DNA of 64,000 nt from positions 234,617 to 298,616 of the forward strand of contig DIXK01000067.1 of NCBI GenBank assembly GCA_002428665.1, read 5' to 3'. The position numbers were made by a program, and so were the translations under genes. Positions 57,504 to 64,000 of this stretch are shown here, one piece after another. Below the pieces are notes generated by a model, which saw only the letters and a list, made by a program, of their open reading frames with translations, had not been told where the DNA came from and made no database searches. Every line of letters begins with the position of its first letter. Position 1 is the first letter of the stretch. This DNA is from Verrucomicrobia subdivision 3 bacterium UBA6082. Its GTDB lineage: Bacteria; Verrucomicrobiota; Verrucomicrobiia; Limisphaerales; UBA8199.

Positions 57504-58801
57504 CACCCACCGAAGGCGCCTTGATCGGGTTTGCTCTTTTGTTCCTGCTGCTGGCCGGATCAATGCCAGTGGGTTTTGCCATGGCCGCGGTGGGGCTTGT
57601 CGGCTTTGCCATAATGGTCTCTCCCCAGGCCGCGCTCAGCATGGCCACAATCGAACTATATAGCACCTTCTCGGACTACAACCTTACGACCATTCCCCTA
57701 TTCATTTTGATGGGGCAGATCTCATTTCACACCGGCATCAGTCGCGGGTTGTTTGACGCCGCTTACCGCTGGCTCGGTCGATTACCCGGTGGCCTGGCGA
57801 TGTCTACGGTCGGTGCCTGCGCGGCATTCGGGGCGATCTGTGGTTCAGGTCCGGCAACGTCCGCCACGATCGCGTCGGTGGCGCTGCCTGAGATGCGACG
57901 GTACAAGTACGATATGCAGCTTGCGACAGGGTGTATTGCCGCGGGGGGGGGTATCGGAATGTTGATTCCACCCAGTATCGTGTTCATTGTGTATGCCATC
58001 CTGACCGAACAGTCTATTGGCAAGCTGTTTATCGCCGGGGTGGTGCCCGGAATAATGATCGCCCTTTTGTTCTGTGTGGTAATCTTCGTCCAGTGCAAGC
58101 GCGACCCTCAGCTCGGTCCAACTGGCCCGGCATCCTCATGGAGTGCCAAGTTTGTTGCGTTAAAAGGTGTTTGGGAGACGCTTGCGCTCTTCGTATTGGT
58201 CATAGGTGGCATGTTTAAGGGGGTGTTCACGGCGACGGAAGGCGCAGCCATCGGGGCGGGCGGATCTCTCACGATTGCTCTCCTAAAGCGCGAACTAACA
58301 TGGGAGAAACTGTTGAAGTGTCTCAACGAGTCCATTCGCACAGCATGCATGGTCATGGTGATTGTCGCTGGCGCCATTATATTTGGGAGGTTTTTGGCCA
58401 TCACACAAATCCCATCGCATTTGGCCTCTTGGCTATCCGGGTTGCCCCTGCCGGGTTGGTGCATTATTACCGCAATCATTCTTTTCTACTTGGTTGGAGG
58501 CTGCTTCCTTGACGCGCTCGCTCTTGATATACTTACAATCCCCATTTTTTACCCTGTGGTGGTAGCGTTGGGTTATGACATCATCTGGTTTGGCGTTATG
58601 ATTGTTGTGGCGACCATGATGGGGGTGATCACTCCTCCAGTTGGCGTTTGTGTTTATGTCGTAAGCGGGATGGCCCGTGACGTACCTCTCGAGAAGATTT
58701 TTCGTGGTAGCCTGCCTTTTCTTTGGGCCTTGGTCTTCGCAGCGTTCCTGCTAATACTCTTTCCGCAAATAGCCACTTTTCTACCTAGCTTGATAAAATG
58801 A
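57500..58801 (+). CDS. dctM: TRAP transporter large permease (DctM family)
   Basis: 433 aa and polytopic. DctM-like blocks are present (IPLFILMGQI, GGLAMSTVGACAAFGAICGS, GIGMLIPPS). The start is moved to the ATG at 57500. Confidence 0.9.
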   Translation: MTPTEGALIGFALLFLLLAGSMPVGFAMAAVGLVGFAIMVSPQAALSMATIELYSTFSDYNLTTIPLFILMGQISFHTGISRGLFDAAYRWLGRLPGGLAMSTVGACAAFGAICGSGPATSATIASVALPEMRRYKYDMQLATGCIAAGGGIGMLIPPSIVFIVYAILTEQSIGKLFIAGVVPGIMIALLFCVVIFVQCKRDPQLGPTGPASSWSAKFVALKGVWETLALFVLVIGGMFKGVFTATEGAAIGAGGSLTIALLKRELTWEKLLKCLNESIRTACMVMVIVAGAIIFGRFLAITQIPSHLASWLSGLPLPGWCIITAIILFYLVGGCFLDALALDILTIPIFYPVVVALGYDIIWFGVMIVVATMMGVITPPVGVCVYVVSGMARDVPLEKIFRGSLPFLWALVFAAFLLILFPQIATFLPSLIK

Positions 58802-58813
58802 CGGAGATTCACA

Positions 58814-59305
58814 ATGAACGCTCCCATCCTTTTGCCCGAGTCGCGCTTCAAGCGAATTCTCTTTTGCACTGACTTCTCCGAGAGTGCCGACGCCGCCTTC
58901 GATTTTGCACTCGATGCGGCCATTCGGCGTCCAAACTCCACACTTTACCTATTGCACGTCATTCACGAACCAGATGCGCAGTTCTGGAGGTCCTACCTTG
59001 CGGAGGTGGAAAATGTCGATGCGGATGCGAAAAGGGCTATCGATGCCAAAGTGGCCTCGGCCTACCTTTCTCGTGTGCCCACGGGTCTTGAACTAAAGGT
59101 CGAGTTCCGCATCGGTTCTGAATCAGCCGCCATTCTCGAATTTGCGAATTCCGCCAGGATCGATGTGATCGTCTTGGGCCGACACGGTCACGGAGGTGTG
59201 GGTAAAAGGCTTTTTGGCAGTGTGGCGGAAAGAGTCGTGCGCCGAGCAGAATGTGCGGTACTTGTCGTCCCGTTAGGCTACGCAAATTCGTCGCGTGGTG
59301 CCTAA
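58814..59305 (+). CDS. universal stress protein (UspA family)
   Basis: FKRILFCTDFS start and LYLLHVI block. ATP-binding-type motif GRHGHGGVGKRLFGSVAERVVRRAECAVLVV. It starts 12 nt after dctM. Confidence 0.85.
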   Translation: MNAPILLPESRFKRILFCTDFSESADAAFDFALDAAIRRPNSTLYLLHVIHEPDAQFWRSYLAEVENVDADAKRAIDAKVASAYLSRVPTGLELKVEFRIGSESAAILEFANSARIDVIVLGRHGHGGVGKRLFGSVAERVVRRAECAVLVVPLGYANSSRGA

Positions 59306-59455
59306 AATCGATCAGTTGTATGACTGCCCCACGCGCACGAATTAATCCGCTGACCAAGGATCCACCGCTCCTCGCTCGCAGGGCGATGCATAATTCTGCC
59401 TTGCTGCACAACCAAGCCTCGGTCATGCGGTTTGGTGCGCAGGCAACTAAAGAAC

Positions 59456-59505
59456 CCGCGTGCTGCCACACGGAGAAAAGCCGAGCAGTTTCTTGGCAGG
59501 CGCGG
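59456..59505. terminator. long interrupted GC-rich hairpin in the convergent spacer (possible terminator or structured RNA)
   Basis: CCGCGTGCTGCCA (59456-59468) pairs with TGGCAGGCGCGG (59494-59505), with a small internal loop. An inner GAAA...TTTC pairing is present. There is no strong U tract on either strand. Confidence 0.3.
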
Positions 59506-59641
59506 ACCTACGGGCTGAACAGGATTGCGTGAGTCATCATCAAGGCGATGGTCCCCAATTCACCAGGATATGCATTCCATAGCCTTGCGGGGGGGCCCCT
59601 CCTGGCACACGTTGCTGTTATTGCGGCTGACGCCTGTTGAC

Positions 59642-61123
59642 CTATTTGGGCCTACCCTTGGGCTCGAATTTGTAGGGCAGGGTATCAGGTACTACACGCA
59701 CTTGGGTTGTGAATTTCATAGGTGCCTGGGAGATACCGCTCGGGAAAGTCAATTCCACGAAGAACGCGGTCCACCCGCTAGCTGGTTCCGACACTCGGCC
59801 GACGTAAACACCGTCACCCTGATCCTGCAAGAGCGTACTTTGCCATTTTGCCCCTAGCGTATCGAGCCGGAAGTCCCGAGCCGCTGGGTTAGTCGCCTGC
59901 CATTGTTTTACTTGAACGGGTTTGTCTTTGGCTGTCACTCGCATGGACCCGTCCGGCTCCAGGGTCCATGAAAACTGCGGTAAGGGCTTGCTGTAAATCA
60001 CGGTATAATAAGCGGCGAGCAAAGTCTGGTAGGCATCTGAGCCTCTCAGGGAATGATCCGCGTTCGGCACGTAGCGCAGGTATTTTACGCCTGGCAGGTC
60101 ATTGAAATAGAATTGCGACGAGTCTGGCAGGAAGAATTGGTCGCCGGAAGCGTTAATAATGAACTTGGGCATCGTCAAGCGATCGCGGTATTCGTAAGGC
60201 TCAACGATCTTCATCAAGGCGGCATACTCCGGGGTGCCGTTCCAATCCATGATCTTAAACGCCTCATAATCGCCAATCGCGGGGGCCCAAAAACCATAGG
60301 CGCCATAATGGTGCATCATCGATGGGACGATGTTCAAAACATCAATTACTACCGGCATAATGGCAACGACGCGCTTGTCCACGGCTGCGGTGGTCCAGGT
60401 TGTCCAGCCTCGCTTGGATCCTCCTGACACCACAAAACCATCCACTTTCCTGTTCCCTCCTTCTGAGCTGGCACAGAAGGCTGAGACCGTGTCCATCGCT
60501 CGCACGGCAGCCTTGGTCATGGGCAATCGGGCAGGCCACTTCTCGTCCCCGGTCCGGAGATACTTGTCCCAAGTGTAGGCGATCAATGAGTCTTCGACGC
60601 GTTTTTCAGTCTCGCCGGCAAACACCAGAGGTTGATTGGGAATCTGCTTGAGTTCGGTGACAATCGATTTGGTTGCGATCGCAATTTGAACCAGGTTTTG
60701 GTCAGCACCTTTCGGCGGATCGTTTTTGTTACTTCCACCCCCGATAAAGAGGAGTGACTTGGGACTCTCGATCACCTCTGGTTTCACGATCACCATCCAA
60801 TGCTTCCAGATCGGTCGATCTACTTCGGCGGTGGTGAGCCACGCCTGCGAGGTCATTTCCAGAATGTATGTTGTTTGGCCCTGCCCTGGAACTGTCTGGA
60901 CCAGGCGATAGCTGTAATTCGTGTCGGGAGCGGCCACGTAACGATCCAGCGCGGTGGTTGTTTGCGGCGCAGGCTTGGAATCGTTAGTCTTGGCCGGGAG
61001 GGATGAGTTGTCTGCTTTAGAGCAGCCCGTAGCACCTATCGACAATGCGAGAGCACACAACAGGGCTAGGGTGCGCCTGGTGTTCAGTGAAACAAACTGC
61101 GTCGCCGCGAAATATGGTTTCAT
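59642..61123 (-). CDS. PhoPQ-activated pathogenicity-related (PqaA-type) family lipoprotein, alpha/beta-hydrolase-like
   Basis: Lipobox (SIGATGC). Family-like blocks recalled from memory are present: LDRYVAAPDTNYSY, YILEMTSQAWLT...DRPIWKHWMVIVKP, GGSKRGWTTW. The start is moved to the ATG at 61123, which removes the overlap with the upstream gene. Confidence 0.65.
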   Translation of the reverse strand: MKPYFAATQFVSLNTRRTLALLCALALSIGATGCSKADNSSLPAKTNDSKPAPQTTTALDRYVAAPDTNYSYRLVQTVPGQGQTTYILEMTSQAWLTTAEVDRPIWKHWMVIVKPEVIESPKSLLFIGGGSNKNDPPKGADQNLVQIAIATKSIVTELKQIPNQPLVFAGETEKRVEDSLIAYTWDKYLRTGDEKWPARLPMTKAAVRAMDTVSAFCASSEGGNRKVDGFVVSGGSKRGWTTWTTAAVDKRVVAIMPVVIDVLNIVPSMMHHYGAYGFWAPAIGDYEAFKIMDWNGTPEYAALMKIVEPYEYRDRLTMPKFIINASGDQFFLPDSSQFYFNDLPGVKYLRYVPNADHSLRGSDAYQTLLAAYYTVIYSKPLPQFSWTLEPDGSMRVTAKDKPVQVKQWQATNPAARDFRLDTLGAKWQSTLLQDQGDGVYVGRVSEPASGWTAFFVELTFPSGISQAPMKFTTQVRVVPDTLPYKFEPKGRPK

Positions 61124-61289
61124 AACGTGGAATGCGCTAAAGCTTATTCGCCCAAGCGGCAGCGTCCACTGCAAAATCAACATTTCGGCGGTTGCGTTCG
61201 GGCTCAATACTTGCACCGCCCACGGACCTGTCACCGCCCCGTTGGTAGCAAAGCGAACCGGCCGGTGAGTCTGTGCCCGTTCCCCGCAA

Positions 61290-63881
61290 TCACCGTTCCA
61301 GGACATTGCCGAGGAGCGTAGGCCTTCTCGGTGGTCTGAGCATGGGTTGCCCGTATTCTGCGGAACCGAAAGGTTCGTTCCTATCCCAATACAACCACAG
61401 CTTACCGTCTGCGGCTAGGCAGAGCACGCCGCCGGTTCCCGGCCCGATCGCCAGCCAATCGGTGTGCCGGCTCAGTTGTGTCGGCGCGTGTGCTGTGAAA
61501 CTGAATTCTTCCACATAACGCACCCCCGGATTCCATTCCCAAAGGGAGCCATCGGCTTTCAGACCCACCAACCGGGACCCATCATTTTGGACCTGGGTCC
61601 AATCGGTGTCCTTCCCGATCTGGATCGGATTGGCGGCGTATGCAGGTGGATTTTCTTCCCGGATACTCCAAGCCCAGAGAGTCCCGTCCTCTCTGACCCC
61701 GACGTGGTCACCCCAACGCGGGTAGAAGCTGATTGATCGGAAGGCGCGACCATCGAGTTGGCTGAACCGGACTAGAATTCTGGCCGGTGCGATCTCAGTC
61801 TCTCGGCTCTTGGCATAGTAGGCCGCAGGTCTCAGAGACCAAGCCGTCCCGTCCTGCTTCCATGCAAAGATTTGACCTGGTCCTCTTAGGATGCGTGCCC
61901 AGTCAGAGTCGTTGCCCATTCGATGTGGCGAAAATGCGCGAAGGCCGGGCCACACCTGACGGTCGCTGAAGGAGTTGGTTCCCCAACTCCAGAGCGTGCC
62001 ATCACGCTTGAGCAGTACAACGGATCTCTGGAACTCGGCAACGACGCTCCGCCAGCCGGAGTCGTCACCGAACTGCACCAAACCTGCAGGCTCATTGCTG
62101 GATGACTCTTTCGGGACTTCATCGTGCGGGTGGTTCGGGCGCGCCATGACCCAGAGCGTTCCGTCACTGCGGATTGCAACCAGATCACGAGAATTGGCGT
62201 ATCCATCCATCCAGTCGGACCCGTGGATGACCTGACGCTGGTTTAGGTTTACCCAGTGCCCACCCACGCGGATCCCGGTTCCGCCCCCAATTCTGAGGAA
62301 AACCTTGCCGGGATAGTATCTAATCCGGTTTACCCAGAGCCTGCCGTCCGGCAGACGCGCGGTGACGGCCTGCCAATGGTATCCTTGAAGAAAGGCAGGA
62401 ACCGGACCTGAAAGTTGTGGCTGCCCGTGGTCCGGTTCTCGCTGAACCAGTAGTTCCCAAGCCCGATTGTAAAGCGCGCCGCTGACCAGCAGGACGACTG
62501 CAGTTAAAATCACCAGGACCTGTAGATTCCATCGCCAAAGATGCCATCCTTCAGACACGGACCGGAAATTTCGGTAGGCGAGCCAAATCAAAATGGTCGG
62601 CAGTATCGGTGCGGCGAAGTAAAGCAAAAGGGCGCCGCCGTGCCAGCGCCAGACATCCAGGTATTCAGCCGTTGCGGCCATCAGGGTGACGAACGAGATG
62701 AATGCTCCGGCTACCGCCACTGCCACTGCTATGGCTTGCACAACGCTTCTGCTGAGTGTGGACGAGTAGAAGCCTACGAGAGTGACGCCGAGAAAACCTG
62801 TGCATATTCCAAGGAAATCTGAACTGCGAAAATTTTGTGGCCTGGAAACCATTCCGGCTACTCCGCCGAGTCCTTCCACTACCCAGAAAAGGATCGGGGT
62901 GAGCAGCCCTCCAATCAGCAGCGCAACGAGCAGCTTGATGGCAAATTGCACGGGTCGCGAAAAGGGCAAGCACAAGTTCCCTTGGTGAGTCCCGAGTTTG
63001 CGTTCCTCTGCCAGGCTGAGGCCCCCTACGAGCAAAGGAACGATCAGCCATATCCCTCCAAATACTTCCAGAGGCATCCGGAGTGGGCCACTTGAGGACA
63101 GAAGGGGAGAGTTGCGCAAAAAAACCACAGCCAGATGCAAAACAAATAAGCCTGCCATCCCAACCACGACAACTTGGTGGAGGCGAAGTTCCTTCATGAA
63201 CAAAGCGGCCAGTGGACGCGGGAGGCGGCCAGCAGCCTGTCCACCGAGAGTCTCAGCCAGCCAGGTCGGGAGCGCCACCTCGCCGCCGGTCCATGCAGTC
63301 TCCTCTAGCCGGAGGAAGTACTGCCTGGCAAAAACATAGCTGGCGACAGAATAGCAGAGCAGGGCTATGCCGGCCACCGTTGCTGAGGCTTCGGAGGCGG
63401 CGCAAATGGTAGCGATAGCGCCGGGCAACAAGATCGTGAACCAAAACGCGGACGTGACCTGGCGCAGGAGCAAGGTTGTCCACAATCCGCCTGCAACCAC
63501 CGCCAGGACCATCGTTCCCCCAAGGAGGATGGTCTCCGGGCCTAGGTATTGTCCTCTTGCTCTGATTACGCACGAGCCCAACCAGGCCGCATAAGTTGTG
63601 AGCACCGCTGCCGCGAGCGGGATGATTTTCGTGCGCCAAATCCGGCGACGGGGCATGGGTTGGACGAGCAGCAACGGAAGTGTCCCGTGTCCAAACTCCA
63701 GCCCGAACGTCGATAGCGCGAGGATCACCATTCCGAAAAGGAGGGGATAAACCGTGGCGGTGCAAGTTGTGTAGCGAAGGTAATCTTCTGTGAATAGCCA
63801 AACTGGCAGCACCGCCAGGAGCAGCGCCCCGGCAAACGCTGGTTGCAGTAGCCGGATCTCTTTTGTGACCAGGGCTTTCAT
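61290..63881 (-). CDS. duplicated ABC-2-type permease-like membrane domain fused to a C-terminal seven-repeat beta-propeller (RCC1-like)
   Basis: The N-terminal 470 aa are polytopic, with two E-x-x-x-G-T loops (LEFGHGTLPLLLVQP and LAEERKLGTHQGNLCLP). The C-terminal region (about 61290-62444) carries seven DG(T/S/K/R)(L/A)W repeats: DGRLWVNR, DGTLWVMA, DGTLWSWG, DGTAWSL, DGTLWAWS, DGSLWEWN, DGKLWLYW. Confidence 0.75.
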   Translation of the reverse strand: MKALVTKEIRLLQPAFAGALLLAVLPVWLFTEDYLRYTTCTATVYPLLFGMVILALSTFGLEFGHGTLPLLLVQPMPRRRIWRTKIIPLAAAVLTTYAAWLGSCVIRARGQYLGPETILLGGTMVLAVVAGGLWTTLLLRQVTSAFWFTILLPGAIATICAASEASATVAGIALLCYSVASYVFARQYFLRLEETAWTGGEVALPTWLAETLGGQAAGRLPRPLAALFMKELRLHQVVVVGMAGLFVLHLAVVFLRNSPLLSSSGPLRMPLEVFGGIWLIVPLLVGGLSLAEERKLGTHQGNLCLPFSRPVQFAIKLLVALLIGGLLTPILFWVVEGLGGVAGMVSRPQNFRSSDFLGICTGFLGVTLVGFYSSTLSRSVVQAIAVAVAVAGAFISFVTLMAATAEYLDVWRWHGGALLLYFAAPILPTILIWLAYRNFRSVSEGWHLWRWNLQVLVILTAVVLLVSGALYNRAWELLVQREPDHGQPQLSGPVPAFLQGYHWQAVTARLPDGRLWVNRIRYYPGKVFLRIGGGTGIRVGGHWVNLNQRQVIHGSDWMDGYANSRDLVAIRSDGTLWVMARPNHPHDEVPKESSSNEPAGLVQFGDDSGWRSVVAEFQRSVVLLKRDGTLWSWGTNSFSDRQVWPGLRAFSPHRMGNDSDWARILRGPGQIFAWKQDGTAWSLRPAAYYAKSRETEIAPARILVRFSQLDGRAFRSISFYPRWGDHVGVREDGTLWAWSIREENPPAYAANPIQIGKDTDWTQVQNDGSRLVGLKADGSLWEWNPGVRYVEEFSFTAHAPTQLSRHTDWLAIGPGTGGVLCLAADGKLWLYWDRNEPFGSAEYGQPMLRPPRRPTLLGNVLER

Positions 63882-64000
63882 GTGCTTGCCTTTGCTAGTT
63901 TGTCCGATGCCACGAAAATCTCCTCCAGGGTCAGCGAGTCGCAGACCAGGTCTTCGACTCGCATCGTCTTGAGTTGATCGAGGAGTGCACGCGTGTTTCC
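63878..64000 (-). CDS. ABC transporter ATP-binding protein, C-terminal fragment (5' end outside the window)
   Basis: The reverse-strand frame is open to the right window edge. It reads ...LLDQLKTMRVEDLVCDSLTLEEIFVASDKLAKAST, and the LEEIF tail is typical of ABC-2-type ATPases. Its TGA overlaps the ATG of the permease-propeller gene (ATGA). Confidence 0.55.
   Translation of the reverse strand, partial: GNTRALLDQLKTMRVEDLVCDSLTLEEIFVASDKLAKAST

Noticed and set aside
57943-57951. G9 homopolymer inside dctM; also G8 at 43284-43291 inside the luxE-like gene and G9 at 1773-1781 in an intergenic spacer. These were considered as possible phase-variation tracts.
   Set aside because: The coding tracts simply encode Gly-Gly(-Gly) in conserved glycine-rich loops, and the frames are intact. 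At this GC content a few such runs are expected by chance. No evidence of slippage is visible from a single sequence. The runs are still worth remembering as possible sequencing-error hotspots.
59251-59857. ORFs of 93-144 codons in the 336-nt convergent spacer between the USP gene and the PqaA-like gene
   Set aside because: They overlap the ends of well-supported genes and carry no motifs. Only the hairpin at 59456-59505 is retained, as a low-confidence structural element.
61124-61306. Longest-ORF start of the PqaA-like gene overlapping the upstream permease-propeller gene by 17 nt
   Set aside because: The internal ATG at 61123 is followed directly by a lipoprotein signal peptide and removes the overlap. 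The upstream 61 codons look non-coding.
1-64000. Search for CRISPR arrays, rRNA genes, transposases, integrases, phage modules and long direct or inverted repeats
   Set aside because: None were seen. The only tandem-like repetition is at the protein-domain level: the LTDs in the giant gene, the propeller repeats and the duplicated ABC-2 halves.

Overview
All calls below were made by eye from the six-frame track and the raw sequence. No database search was run, so family names are motif-level recognitions.

The window is a densely coding chromosomal stretch of about 55% GC. It looks like a free-living member of the PVC group, most likely Verrucomicrobia, or Planctomycetes-like. The supporting features are:
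- a DUF1559-type prepilin-like protein with an H-X9-DG tail
- a Tat-signal Gfo/Idh/MocA oxidoreductase
- exported sulfatases, a GH43 and esterases
- a 2648-aa secreted protein built from lamin-tail domains around a CotH-like core

Housekeeping genes are interleaved: a uvrA-like gene, tRNA-Ala(CGC), acnA, an RsmB-family methyltransferase, tlyA-nadK, cydAB, secA, queD and an ABC-F ATPase.

I found no rRNA, CRISPR array, transposase, integrase or phage genes. Many neighbouring genes share 4-nt ATGA start/stop overlaps, which helps define operons: uvrA/Uma2, nadK/lacI, accessory protein/ABC ATPase, dctP/dctQ, dctQ/dctM and ABC ATPase/permease.

The most interesting candidates for poorly described biology are:
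1. A LuxE-like acyl-protein synthetase and a LuxC-like acyl reductase separated by an MFS transporter. They sit in a tight co-directional cluster with no luciferase genes (42.7-46.8 kb, possibly extending to 49.9 kb).
2. A UvrA homolog that appears to lack the insertion domain and is translationally coupled to a Uma2-family PD-(D/E)XK nuclease (5.2-8.3 kb).
3. Two ABC modules whose permeases are internally duplicated ABC-2-like membrane domains. One comes with a 740-aa accessory membrane protein (50.8-55.7 kb). The other is fused to a seven-repeat beta-propeller (61.3-64.0 kb).
4. The giant protein with six lamin-tail domains and a CotH-like core (29.9-37.9 kb).

Several start codons were moved inward from the longest ORF. 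In each case the move follows a recognisable protein N-terminus or removes an implausible overlap.
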